Made by a program: the position numbers and the translations under genes. DNA of 63,645 nucleotides, counting the filler, from Trichomonas gallinae (taxonomy: Eukaryota), in assembly GCA_008369845.1 (NCBI GenBank). It is 4 parts of 4 records of this genome, joined end to end, with 100 filler letters (N's around TTAATTAATTAA, not from the genome) between each part and the next. Parts side by side here need not be neighbours in the genome. Positions count along the whole stretch, not along the records: positions 1 to 17,021 come from MRSU01000690.1; 3 more parts are not named here. The stretch is one strand, 5' to 3'. Positions 1 to 11,496 of this stretch are shown here, piece by piece (the stretch's first letter is position 1; every line of letters begins with the position of its first letter). The notes beneath the pieces were generated by a model. That model was not told the DNA's origin. It ran no database searches and worked only from the letters and a program-made list of their open reading frames with translations.

Positions 1-72
1 GTCCCAGTAGTATATTGGTTAGAATGGATCCTTGACACGGATCAGAGGCCAGTTCGATTCTGGCCTGGGACA
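1..72 (+). tRNA. tRNA-Val(GAC)
   Basis: Acceptor stem GTCCCAG/CTGGGAC with A73. Anticodon stem GATCC/GGATC, loop TT-GAC-AC. T arm GCCAG-TTCGATT-CTGGC. A T-run (Pol III terminator) follows immediately. Confidence 0.92.
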
Positions 73-351
73 TTTTTTTTTCTTTTTCTCTTTTCATCTC
101 AAAATTAAAAATTGAGTCCTATATCTTATTGCTGAATCTAATTTCGGCTGTAGCCGGAAAGAGAGGCATAGTCATCTTAAAATATCTGTATTTCCCTTCA
201 AATATAGATCATCCTGGACTAAAAAGATCACTTTATTATATCATGATATCATCAAACTCCTTTCTTATTTCACATTATATTGAGATGCAAAAGTGACACA
301 ATTTTTATTAACTTTTTTTGACATTTTGACAATAAAGTTAAATTATTTGTC

Positions 352-1342
352 AATTTTTTTTTTTGTTTCCCTTTGATTGCATTTGTGTTAAAAGCATATA
401 ACAAGAGTAGAATATGATGGTATATTCTATTATATTGACATACAGTCTCAAACAGCTACGGTTGGAAATGGTCAGACGCAAAATCCATGTCCGACAAAAA
501 TTGAAATTCAACCATATATAGATTATCAGGGAGTAAGATATCAAGTTAAATCTATATCAAAGAATGCATTTTTTAATTGCACCATTACTGCTTTTTATGA
601 TCTTCCTGAGGGAATCGAAATTGTTGGTGATTCTGCGTTTTATTTTTGCTATTTTGTTAAAAATATACTAACATTGCCAAATAGTTTGGTTAGCATCGAA
701 CATATTTCTTTCGCAGAGAATTTTATTGATGAAGTTCGAATTGGACCAAAATTAAAAGATTACGGTAGAATAGCTTTCGCAAGAACTAGGATTAAAAGAT
801 TTGTAGTGAGTGAATCAAATCCATATTTGTGCAACGATGATCAATATTGTCTTTATTCCAAAGATATGACAATCTTGTATCAAGCATCAGGGTTTGTTGA
901 TCATCTGATAATTCCATCATCTGTTACCACCCTATATCAACAATGCGTTGATGGAATATCAATTAAAAGTTTAACAATTCCAAATACTATCCAATTCGAT
1001 ATAAATTTCAATAATGCATATATTAGATATTGCCTAGAACTCAGAAATATCTATATTAACTGTGATTTACACTTATATTCTCAGCCATCAAAATTTAAAA
1101 TGATTATGGAAGTTCCAAAACTAAGATATATATTTTACACAGGATCAACAACTACTGATCCTAATTTTATCGACAATTCACACCATTTATCAAAGTTATT
1201 CGTTTATGATTCCAAATTAAAAACTATAAATGGTATTAAAACAACATTTCTTCCATCATATAAATGGCCAGTGATCACATGTCAACAATTGTATCCATTT
1301 CAATACACACTCTCCATTAATTTTTTTGTTTTAATTTCATAA
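352..1342 (+). pseudogene. BspA-like (TpLRR) surface protein with a disrupted 5' end
   Basis: The frame of ORF 674..1342 is open from 392 (KHITRVEYDGIFYYID...LPEGIEIVGDSAFYFC...LPNSLVSIEHISF; IIPSSVTTL) but has no ATG there. A hydrophobic leader (FFCFPLIAFVLKA) lies in another frame at about 355-396 and also lacks an ATG. Confidence 0.65.
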
Positions 1343-1964
1343 AATAAAAGTGAATGACACAGAACAATGCAATAACAATATCTTATATAGTAGTTTTGAA
1401 TATTTTCCGAAATTTCTATATTCTAATTTAACCTCCTTTCCAATTATCAAGATAAACTTCTATCTACAAGAAAGAAGTACCTATAGCTCAGCTTCCAATT
1501 AATTCGCAAACTTGGAAAGATCACAACCATATCTTGGCTTAGCTCACAGTTTAATCAAAAAATACAGCTGTTATGTTTGTTTTTGTTGTTGTATATACTG
1601 TTCAAAGTGTGTGTTTATTATTATTCCGATATTCTGTGGTAATAGTATATTTTTCTCCCTGAATATCAAAGATTTTTTTGAAATAACACTATAGAACTTG
1701 TTCTTATATGCCAGTGCATATGTCAACTGTGTGCGAATTTATACTCAAATCTATACTAGTAAAAACCATATGTTTCATAAGTCAGGTCTGAAAAGTGACG
1801 ATTTTTTCAATACTACTCATTGAATTATTCTATGAGATTTATCAAATTTTTGGCCAAACTTGATTTTTGGAACGCAGTTTATCAAGTCAAAACAACTCTT
1901 TTTTACTACTGATTGTCTTAGACAATTTTTTTTTTTTCAAAAGTCAAGAGAAAAAAACATTTAT

Positions 1965-3224
1965 ATGAGTAAGTTATCACTTGCGCAACAATTTGGTGAT
2001 GGCTTAAGCTCATATCAGATAATGATGCTAATAGATCACTACAAATCGCAAATCGAAGAGGTGAAAAGCCAGATTGAAGACTTAAAAAAGGCGAGAGACA
2101 AGTACGTCATTCATAAGAACCAGTACGTTTCCGACATAACTCAAGCACTACGATTTAAAGAATTATTTGTCCATAAAATTTCGCATATAAGAAGAATGAA
2201 AAATCAAATTAAAACCATTTTAGCTGATGGAGCAATAAATCATCTCAAGAATACTATGATTGAATATCCGAGTAATAGCTGGGATATTCACAGTTTTCAA
2301 CCATATTTTTCGAAAGAAAATATCAGACTTGAGCATACGTTCAATCCTGGGCCAAATGTACGATACGTCAAGTTTGCTCCATCAGGGGTTATATTTGTTC
2401 TCGCAGTTTCTAAAAGACTTTTCATTATTGAAACTATCACAGGTCTTGTTAAACAAGATATCGAAACGTCTCATGCATGCAGCCTTACATGTCGAAATAT
2501 AGAATTCTTTCCTGACAGCAATGGATGTGCCATTGCGCTTGCTCCTTCATTAATTGGCATTTATGACTGGTCAGGTAAAAACGTCGAAACAATACTTACA
2601 GGCCATAACACTTCGGTTACAGCTCTTTCTATAACAAGAGATGGTCAAACATTAATTTCAGGATCTCAAGATGGATTAATTTTGACTTGGTGTCTGGCAA
2701 CAAAAACTCTACAGCAAGCAGTATATCTTGACCGATTTCCAATTACAAATATATTTTATTCAGCAGATTATATTTATGTTGGTCAATATTCTGGCATTAT
2801 TTCTCAATATAACAACATAATGACCAAACTTTTAGCACAATATGATATAGGCGAGAAAGTTTTATATTTAGGACAGTCTGCGCAAAATGAAATAATTTCT
2901 TTTTATGAAGATGCTACATTAAAGATATGGACAATAGATAATAATGATCCAGCATGCCGAGTACAGATCACATATACTAAAAAAATCTCTTGTTGCTGCA
3001 CATCACCAAGATATCCGATTTTATTTATAGGTTCTCTTGGTGAGCAATTGCATGCATATAACACCAATATTGGACACGCTTTATACTCACTGCAACTTTA
3101 CAATAATTGTATAATTAGTATCGACCATCATCCATCTGATAACGTTTATATTACTTGTTCGTCTGATGGAACAGTACATGTTTGGAGGTATAGTGTCCCA
3201 CCTTATATCTCATTTTATCATTGA
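1965..3224 (+). CDS. WD40-repeat protein with N-terminal coiled coil
   Basis: WD repeats (LTGHNTSVTALSITRDGQTLISGSQDGLILTW; ITCSSDGTVHVW). The first ATG in the frame is at 1965. Confidence 0.88.
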   Translation: MSKLSLAQQFGDGLSSYQIMMLIDHYKSQIEEVKSQIEDLKKARDKYVIHKNQYVSDITQALRFKELFVHKISHIRRMKNQIKTILADGAINHLKNTMIEYPSNSWDIHSFQPYFSKENIRLEHTFNPGPNVRYVKFAPSGVIFVLAVSKRLFIIETITGLVKQDIETSHACSLTCRNIEFFPDSNGCAIALAPSLIGIYDWSGKNVETILTGHNTSVTALSITRDGQTLISGSQDGLILTWCLATKTLQQAVYLDRFPITNIFYSADYIYVGQYSGIISQYNNIMTKLLAQYDIGEKVLYLGQSAQNEIISFYEDATLKIWTIDNNDPACRVQITYTKKISCCCTSPRYPILFIGSLGEQLHAYNTNIGHALYSLQLYNNCIISIDHHPSDNVYITCSSDGTVHVWRYSVPPYISFYH

Positions 3225-3549
3225 TTAATTTTGTGTTAATGATATAGTGTTTACTCCTATACATTGCATTTTTATATGTTTTTGTTGTTTTTAAACAATT
3301 TCACAATATTTTTAAACAATATTGTGATTAATCTCATTGGCAAGAAATCTGTGACAATCTCGTTCAGTGCACTGATAATTGGGTCATTTAGGCTTCTATA
3401 TGGATCAGGTTCGAATCGTTATGTAAATAGTTATATATGCAGGGGGAATCACAAAAATTTGGGATTTCTGGGTATATTTTTGACAAATTAGTTTACAATT
3501 AAAATATTTGACAAATATTGTTTTACAAGTCAAAAGTCAGAATTGGCCG

Positions 3550-5961
3550 ATGACGCTTCTTCAGTGTGCATATTGTGGTTGCACGGAAGCAGATTGCTTG
3601 GCCGAAGTCGCTGAATGCGGCATATGCCTCTGCAATGGCAAAGGCGTAATACCACAAAGCCATATTACACATTTTCTTAAACAAACAAATATTTCTTCTT
3701 TTTCTTTGCCTCCATCAAATCCATTCTCGAAAATCAATCTAGAATGCTATGTTTGCCATTCAACAAATTGTTTTCAGCTAGGTTTCGTAACATTTCCTAA
3801 TGATCCAACAATTTACATAACATGCAGGCAACCATGCCAATTCGACGCATCCATACAGATCGGATCTGAACATTCCTTCAGGCCATTAATCACAAATGGC
3901 CAAATTTTACCAGATATTGTTAAAATTCCAGCACCTGATAAATATAAGAAAGTTTCAGTTGCTGATACACTCGCTGTTATAGAAAAAGTACGTCCTAACG
4001 AATTAATGCCGAATGTAGATTCAAATTTACATTTACCAGCAGCAAAATTAACTTACGATTCAGTCGAGGAGTTCACAGATATCATGAAAAAGTTTGTTGA
4101 GGCTGAACGCATTGTCAGCCACGAGCTTGAAAAACACAGACGTTTTGGTGATATGCATTTTGAATGGTCATCGACAAAGAACGTTAAATTCAAAGCACGC
4201 GCACCTCTTCTCAAGCTTTTATCTCTCGGATCATCAGTTATGTTCACTGTCGGCGAAAAAAGCGAAATTGCGAAAGTTCGCGAAGTTGATCGCCAAAGAT
4301 ATGTACACTGCATGTTTTCAAAGGATTCATCCTTCTACAAGAAGGACTTTGGAATCACTTTAACTGTAATTTATGGAGATATAACTTTTGATCGCCAAAA
4401 TGCAGCTTTAGACTTATTTAACCGCGACAAAAAATGCTGCCATTATCTCATTAGAGACGCAATTCTCGGAAACACGAAAAACTTTAAAGACCATAATCGT
4501 GTTAAAGGACAAAATATAGAATTGGTTCTTCCAAACGAAAATGGATTCCCAATTCTTAACGAAAGCCAGCAAAAAGCAACAAAAGCTGCCTTGAAACAAA
4601 GATTTACATTAATTCAAGGTCCACCAGGTACAGGAAAGACAACAGTTATAGCTGCGATTGTAGCAAGCTTCGTTAAAGCTGGAAAAACACCAGTTTTAGT
4701 CCTTACACAATCAAATATAGCTGCAGATTTCGCAACACGCCGAATTTCTCAAACAGGAGTTGATGTCATAAGAGTTTTGGCTTTTAATAAAGAATCCATG
4801 ACAAGAGAAGACGAATACGAAACAGAAATACCAGATTTCGATATCAAGCCATTCACTTCTCATTATAAGGCTTCACAACGCTACGGAGAAGATTTCCTTT
4901 CCTTACTAGAAAGCAGTGACCAGGGAAACAGATCAAAAGCTCGCGAATACGAAACAAATATAATTAAAGAATTTCCAGTCGTCTGCACAACATGCGGCAG
5001 CTCTGGTGGAAAGCGTGTCATCGCCCAGAAGTTCCCTGTCGTCATTTTCGATGAGAGCGGCCAAGTTCTCGATCCAGACATTGTTTTAGGAGCAGTTCGT
5101 GGCGCGCAGCAGATGATACTTGTCGGCGATCACAGACAGCTCGGCCCAGTCGTCTTCAGCAGGAAGGCTGTGAAATCCAGGTACGATGTCAGCCTCATGA
5201 AGCGTCTCACTGCATTAAACATAAGGCCGAGTGTCTTAACGACACAGTATAGAATGCATCCGGCCATTTCTTCATTCCCGTCTGAAGCCTTCTACATGAA
5301 ATTAATTAAGGACGGATTGACGAGGCAAGACAGGCAGTGGCCACGTCCTGTCCTTCCATGGCCAGACAGAAACAATCCAGTAATGTTCTGGAACGTGCCG
5401 AGCCGCGAAGAAAACTACGACAGCGCAATCTCTTATGTTAATGTTCGCGAAGCAGAAGCCATTGCACAAGTCGTAGACATGATGTGCAGGAATGGAGTAA
5501 GGAGCGGCTCTGATATTGGCATCATTACTCCTTACACTGGCCAGCAGATGTATCTCATGGATTCTTTGCCGGTTTTGTGCAAATTCGCTGACGACGAAAT
5601 CATCCAAGAAATTGAAATCGCATCAGTTGACGCTTTCCAGGGAAGAGAAAAGAACTTCATCATTTTCTCATGCGTCAGGGCCAATGATATGAACGACATC
5701 GGCTTCATGAGGGACCAGAGAAGACTCTGCGTTTCATTGACAAGAGCCAAGTACGGACTCGTCATCATCGGAGATGCACCGACATTCGCAAGATCAAGTA
5801 TCTGGTGCAAACTCATTCAAAACTTGATGCCAAGAGGTTTGTTCGTCGAAGGAGAGTTAAGTGCACTTAAGTCGTCATCATTCACTGCCCTAGTACAGGA
5901 AGATGAAGGCAGCGATGATGACGTTGCTGTCGAGGAAATCGATTATGAACTTGTTTATTAA
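3550..5961 (+). CDS. UPF1: UPF1-like SF1 RNA helicase (nonsense-mediated decay)
   Basis: N-terminal CH domain (CAYC, CNG, LECYVC, CRQPC), Walker A IQGPPGTGKT, DESGQ, LVGDHRQLGP, QYRMHP, SVDAFQGREK, LTRAKYG. First ATG at 3550. Confidence 0.92.
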   Translation: MTLLQCAYCGCTEADCLAEVAECGICLCNGKGVIPQSHITHFLKQTNISSFSLPPSNPFSKINLECYVCHSTNCFQLGFVTFPNDPTIYITCRQPCQFDASIQIGSEHSFRPLITNGQILPDIVKIPAPDKYKKVSVADTLAVIEKVRPNELMPNVDSNLHLPAAKLTYDSVEEFTDIMKKFVEAERIVSHELEKHRRFGDMHFEWSSTKNVKFKARAPLLKLLSLGSSVMFTVGEKSEIAKVREVDRQRYVHCMFSKDSSFYKKDFGITLTVIYGDITFDRQNAALDLFNRDKKCCHYLIRDAILGNTKNFKDHNRVKGQNIELVLPNENGFPILNESQQKATKAALKQRFTLIQGPPGTGKTTVIAAIVASFVKAGKTPVLVLTQSNIAADFATRRISQTGVDVIRVLAFNKESMTREDEYETEIPDFDIKPFTSHYKASQRYGEDFLSLLESSDQGNRSKAREYETNIIKEFPVVCTTCGSSGGKRVIAQKFPVVIFDESGQVLDPDIVLGAVRGAQQMILVGDHRQLGPVVFSRKAVKSRYDVSLMKRLTALNIRPSVLTTQYRMHPAISSFPSEAFYMKLIKDGLTRQDRQWPRPVLPWPDRNNPVMFWNVPSREENYDSAISYVNVREAEAIAQVVDMMCRNGVRSGSDIGIITPYTGQQMYLMDSLPVLCKFADDEIIQEIEIASVDAFQGREKNFIIFSCVRANDMNDIGFMRDQRRLCVSLTRAKYGLVIIGDAPTFARSSIWCKLIQNLMPRGLFVEGELSALKSSSFTALVQEDEGSDDDVAVEEIDYELVY

Positions 5962-6278
5962 TTACTTTATATAAAATTTCATTGTCTTTCATTATATGAT
6001 ATGATTCTACAGCAGTAACTTTGAACTTTACTCTTATATAGATATAACAAGGATGAGGGGAAAAATAGAGTGTTCTATCGAACATCATCATAAAATAAGT
6101 CTTCCTGAAATTTAGATATTCTTTTTATAAGATATTCTTTAAATTAAGGAGCCAAAAAAACCTTTTAAGAATATTACTAGACATATTGGATTGCATAAAA
6201 ATCTATTGGCTAAAAAATATTTGTTAAAAATACTATCAAACAAATATATTTATTAAAAAAAAAACAAATCTATATATC

Positions 6279-9146
6279 TTATTGTCCTGTAATTCTTCCG
6301 ATCAATGTTGCAGCACATTCAGGGAAATCAGCCAAGAGCTGATTGAAAGCAGCTAATTTTAGGTTGTCAGGAATTGCTTCGAAATAAGCACATTCTTCTT
6401 CATAGTCTCCTCCTCTGTTATCTATTGACCTTCCAATGATGAAATCTCTGGCGAGAGCTGTGACGCAAGCCAAAACAATCCTCTCATTTTCCGCAGCTGC
6501 CTGCAATAAAAGCACAACGCTGTCGAAAACTAGGCAGTTCGCTTTCTTGTGTGGATGACCAGCTAACATTTTCTCTACAGCATTTTCAACACCAAAGTAG
6601 TCCAAAAGTGAGCTTTTTCTGGCAGCAACTCCGCAAATCAATGCCGAACACGGGGCTTTCCACGGCTTCGAGAGGCAGTAGTCTAGAATCTCTCGCGTGA
6701 GCTCCTGTGTTTCAGCGCCGTCAATGACATTTCGTGCTAAAATCGAGATGTTCCATACTTCTGGCTTTGTTATAATGTCTTTGTTTTGGAATGCGAATCT
6801 TTCGTTCGCAGCGATTTCAGCGAGAAGTGGGTGATGCGCGATTCTCTTGGCAATAGCAATTAGGCCAGGAAGCGCGCTAGATGATAGAATAGAATCATCC
6901 ACTCCATCGTTTTTGCCGCCGTAAACTAAAGCGTTGAATTGCTCCAAGTCTCCGTTACATCCATTTAATACATTTTCAAGAGCAGCAGCAATCACAACGA
7001 AAGACAAAGCGCACTGTGGACTCAGACACACTTCAGGTGATGTATTATACAATAAATTGCATGCATCAGCTAAAAAAGCAGCAGAAGAAACTTCATTTCG
7101 ATGACGAATGTAAAATGTGCACATTTTCGCATAATGATAAAGAATGAAAGAAGTTAATCCGTTAGTATCATTGGATGTCAATGTGGAAAGAGTTGGTTCC
7201 TCTTCGAAATTAGGAGCAAAACTAAATAATGTGCTTTGTGGATTAATAAATGATTTGAATTGACGAAGAGTTATAATATTAGCTTCAGACGTCTCTTCAT
7301 TAATCCTTGATTCTAATTTATTCATAATTAAATCTTGCATTTCCAAATTTCCTGCTTTAAACTCGCGTAACATGAGTCTTATTTCCAAATTATCGCGTGA
7401 ATAGTTTACATCTGAGAAAGTGCTGACATTTACCATTGTTTCCGTTAATTCTTTGATTTGATCGAAATTTATTTCTAATTCTGGGAAACAATCATTGTCT
7501 AATGCATACGAGAGGGAAGTGCAGAATAATGCAATTTCATCTGGCGACATTTCTGTAATATTTTCATTTAAAACATTAAATATTTCTAAAACAAAATCTG
7601 TGGCTGTTTGAGAGAACCTGACTTGCTGAAAAACATGTACAGATACATCAAAACAGCTAATCATGAGTTTTTGATCATATTCAATAACTTGCCGAATAAA
7701 TTCGAATAATTGCGCAGCAACTCCTTCATTAACGACAGAGTGACTGACCATATTTGATAAAAATCGCCAAAACGAGGCATCATCGAGAAAACTCGTATTT
7801 GAAAAATAATTCATAGCAAAAGGCAACATATCTGGCACATTTGCATCACTTAAGCAAATGAGAATTGAATAAAGATCCTGGCTGATAGATAAAATGTCTT
7901 CAGATTCAGATTGATATAACATATCCAAAACTTTGAAAACATTTTGGAAAGAAAGGAAAATCAGCTGCATGGGCATCATGTAAAGAAACAGCCTGGATTC
8001 TTCAAAGAACTTCAAAGTTAAGTGAATCAGATCATAACATTGAACAATATTTTCTAGTTCTTCATTGAACGATGAAATCATAGTCTGCGGCGATATTGTG
8101 TCGTAGAAAATGAAATTATACGTGCCATTTTGCAATGCGCACAAGTAAAGATTTAAAATTAGCCAAATTCGCGTTCTATTAGGCTGACCTGTAGTAAACT
8201 CCATCAATGATAGAATTCTATCTGGTGTTTTTGACGTGTATACTCGTATAATGTTGTAAATGTCTAAACTCGAGACTTCTGTATTTTCGCTATATAATAA
8301 GTTGTACGAATATAAGTATAACTGTATGATAACTTCAACTTGCTCATCATTTACTATGTCCATGTCATCAGAAATCCACGAAGAAACGGCTGTTAAGATC
8401 GCGCAGCATCGATCTGGTGTCTGTTTGAGATATTCAATAATATTGAACAAATACGGGATGAATATGGTAGCAGCTAGGCTCTGGAGCTCCGAAATTGACT
8501 CCCAGAAGATATTCCATAATTCGAGATCTAAATTTGGAATAAATTGAAGAAATTCGATGAGTTTTTCGCTGAAATACTGCCCAAAGGCGACAAAGAACTG
8601 GCAGATTGCCTTTATAATTCGACTGTGAACTTGAGGAAAATTATTTGTCCTTAATATGTGAAGAATTATATTATACATGCGATCATACATATTTATCTGA
8701 CTTGGTGGCAAATTTCTTTTAATATGAGGTGACAAATTTGCAACTTGGCCAAAAATAATTCGAAAAAGATCGATTTCGAAAGGAATTCTATTTGGATCAC
8801 GAATTTGATGAATATGTGACGTAAGTGCTATTAATTCATTACAGTTTATCGAATCTGAACAGTGTGAAAAAAGTTCGATAATTGTATTCGAAAAAGAAGG
8901 AATGAAATACAAGTCTTGTATTTGAAATAATACTAATTTTATGATTTCATTGAGATTGCTGTTCCTTATACATCGATTTAATATAATAACAAGCTTTCCT
9001 TTGGTATTTTGATCCTGAAATGAAGGAAGAATATTCCAAATTGCAGCTTGAAGTGACTCATCGCGGTACAAAATGTTGAAAGACTCAATATCTTCCTCGT
9101 CTGTCACCAATTTTTGGAGAAAGATATTAAAATCTTCTTGATTCAT
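6279..9146 (-). CDS. Hypothetical all-alpha (possibly HEAT/ARM-like) protein, 955 aa
   Basis: Long ATG-initiated ORF with Leu/Ile/Phe-rich helical character; no diagnostic motif recognised. Confidence 0.75.
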   Translation of the reverse strand: MNQEDFNIFLQKLVTDEEDIESFNILYRDESLQAAIWNILPSFQDQNTKGKLVIILNRCIRNSNLNEIIKLVLFQIQDLYFIPSFSNTIIELFSHCSDSINCNELIALTSHIHQIRDPNRIPFEIDLFRIIFGQVANLSPHIKRNLPPSQINMYDRMYNIILHILRTNNFPQVHSRIIKAICQFFVAFGQYFSEKLIEFLQFIPNLDLELWNIFWESISELQSLAATIFIPYLFNIIEYLKQTPDRCCAILTAVSSWISDDMDIVNDEQVEVIIQLYLYSYNLLYSENTEVSSLDIYNIIRVYTSKTPDRILSLMEFTTGQPNRTRIWLILNLYLCALQNGTYNFIFYDTISPQTMISSFNEELENIVQCYDLIHLTLKFFEESRLFLYMMPMQLIFLSFQNVFKVLDMLYQSESEDILSISQDLYSILICLSDANVPDMLPFAMNYFSNTSFLDDASFWRFLSNMVSHSVVNEGVAAQLFEFIRQVIEYDQKLMISCFDVSVHVFQQVRFSQTATDFVLEIFNVLNENITEMSPDEIALFCTSLSYALDNDCFPELEINFDQIKELTETMVNVSTFSDVNYSRDNLEIRLMLREFKAGNLEMQDLIMNKLESRINEETSEANIITLRQFKSFINPQSTLFSFAPNFEEEPTLSTLTSNDTNGLTSFILYHYAKMCTFYIRHRNEVSSAAFLADACNLLYNTSPEVCLSPQCALSFVVIAAALENVLNGCNGDLEQFNALVYGGKNDGVDDSILSSSALPGLIAIAKRIAHHPLLAEIAANERFAFQNKDIITKPEVWNISILARNVIDGAETQELTREILDYCLSKPWKAPCSALICGVAARKSSLLDYFGVENAVEKMLAGHPHKKANCLVFDSVVLLLQAAAENERIVLACVTALARDFIIGRSIDNRGGDYEEECAYFEAIPDNLKLAAFNQLLADFPECAATLIGRITGQ

Positions 9147-9981
9147 ACTTGAAAAGTGCCAAATTTTTGGCGGCTTTATTAGAAAATGTTAAGATTTTAT
9201 TCGATTTTCTGCATATTTGATATGTGTATAACATATTTCATAAATTAATTTCCATTTTTATTTGATTAAATCATTTCATCAAATTATCTCTAGAAATAAA
9301 GCTGTTACAAACATTTTCTATTAGAAATATATTATAGCCATGCACTCATCTCTTAGATGATATTACTCAATAGTATTGTATCTGTTAGCTTTGTATGTTT
9401 ATTATTGATTTTAATTGGTGGTAATTTTCTTTAATTTAAAGAGTTAGAGGTATTATCACATGAGAATCATTATTGTTTGATTCAACTAATAACATAAAAA
9501 CAATCATTTTAGATCTCTTGTAAATATTTTGTAGTAAATTTGGAGATATTGTAAATATCTGACACATTTTTGTCATGTAAATTATAATTGTGTCAGAAAA
9601 ATATATTTTGAGCTTCATCTGCAAATAGTTGTAGATGTGGCAAAAAGTCATAGACAGTCCTTTATAATGCGCAATAGGCTGTGTGTTTACCACTTTTTAC
9701 AACTTTCACAACTTTTGGAATTTTTTAACGTCTCCAGTGTAAATCATTCAATATTTGAATTGTTTACAAGACCCGAGCACTTTTGCTTAAAGAGATTTTC
9801 TAAAGATAACTTCTCAAGAATTTGTTACATCAAAACTTGATGCTATTGGCTACTTCTTGGCACGAAGATGGTCGTATTTCATCACCTAAATTAGTCATAT
9901 TTGAATTCCACAAATTGACTTTTTTCCTTCTGAAATCCATAAAAAGTGACTTTAACGTACGACACTTCAGATTCTTCATAG

Positions 9982-11085
9982 ATGGGAATTAAGAATCTGA
10001 TGAAATGGATCGAGCAGGTTGCTCCAGAATCGATCAAATCAGTCAAGCTGGAGTCCCTGTTCGGTCGTAAGATCGCTATTGATGCTTCTCTTTCGATTTA
10101 CCAATTTCTTGTTTCAGTTCGTCATACAGGAATGCAATTGTCTGATAGCGAAGGAAATACGACATCACATCTGCAAGGTGTTCTAAGTAGAACAGTAAAG
10201 CTTATAGAAACCGGTATTAAGCCAGTTTACGTATTTGATGGCAAACCACCAGAGATGAAATCAAATGAATTACAGAAACGTTTAGAGAGACGTGAAGAAG
10301 CTGAGAAAGAACTTGAAAAAGCTATCGAAGCCGGTGACCAAGATTCAATTGATAAATTTTCCAGAAGAACTGTTCATTTAGACAAGAAGCAAGTTGAAGA
10401 GTGCAAGGAGTTACTTACATATCTCGGCATTCCATATGTCGATGCCCCTTGTGAAGCTGAAGCTGAATGCGCAGCTTTAAATAAAGCAGGAATCGTCGAT
10501 GCGATGGCTACAGAAGATATGGACTCACTTGCTTTTGCTACTCCAATCCTTATTCGTCACCTTTCCTATGGAGCAAAGGGAGATGACATTCTTCAGATCG
10601 ATTACAAGGTAATGATGGAGAAAAGCGGCCTCACACGCGAGCAATTTGTAGATCTCTGCATTCTCATGGGCTGTGACTATTGTGGAACAATCAAAGGCAT
10701 TGGTAAGAAGCACGCATTTGAATTAATTAAGAAATATAAGAGATTAGAGGATATCATTAAGAATCTTGATAAGAAATACGAAGTACCAGAAGATTTCGAT
10801 TACGTTCGTGCAAGAGAACTCTTCTTTAACCACGAAGTTACAACAGATGTTAAATTAGAATGGAAATCGCCAGATGTTGAGAAAGTCAAAGCATTTTTAT
10901 GCGGAGAAAGACAGTTCGCTGAGAGCCGTGTAGAAGCCGCCTGTGCAAAGATTACAGCAGCAAAGAAGAAAGGAACACAAAAGAGAATGGACGATTTCTT
11001 CAAAGCAGCACCAGCTAAGGTTTCAACTGTTGATACAAAGAAGAAACTTCCTGAAAAGAAGCAGCCAGTCAAGAAGAAGAAATAA
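9982..11085 (+). CDS. FEN1: Flap endonuclease 1
   Basis: MGIKNL start, IAIDAS, PVYVFDGKPP, APCEAEAECA, TEDMDSL, H3TH GCDYC, PIP box QKRMDDFF, basic tail. Confidence 0.97.
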   Translation: MGIKNLMKWIEQVAPESIKSVKLESLFGRKIAIDASLSIYQFLVSVRHTGMQLSDSEGNTTSHLQGVLSRTVKLIETGIKPVYVFDGKPPEMKSNELQKRLERREEAEKELEKAIEAGDQDSIDKFSRRTVHLDKKQVEECKELLTYLGIPYVDAPCEAEAECAALNKAGIVDAMATEDMDSLAFATPILIRHLSYGAKGDDILQIDYKVMMEKSGLTREQFVDLCILMGCDYCGTIKGIGKKHAFELIKKYKRLEDIIKNLDKKYEVPEDFDYVRARELFFNHEVTTDVKLEWKSPDVEKVKAFLCGERQFAESRVEAACAKITAAKKKGTQKRMDDFFKAAPAKVSTVDTKKKLPEKKQPVKKKK

Positions 11086-11496
11086 AAAATATTATTTTTT
11101 GATATTTGTGTCCATTTTACTACAACTATCTCTAACTTTCTTGTAACATATGATTATTTTAGACTTGGAAACGTCAAATCATGAATTTATGAAATTGCAT
11201 AATATCGTATTTCGTTTAGTTAATATGGTGTTTCTTCATATTTCTTATTATGAATGACTGTTGTAGAATACAAATTGTTGAATCTCAAAAAATAAAATTT
11301 AATATAATATTTTGTGTTTTATCTTATTTAACATATCCATTTTGCATAGATTATAGACAGATCTAATTGAATTAGAATGTAAACTTGCAAAAACTTAGAT
11401 CTTTGTAGGACAAAATATTTTATGCAATATGTGAGTGAATATAATATAGAAGATGCTTCATAGAACGTCTTTATACAATATAAAAATAAAATCAAA

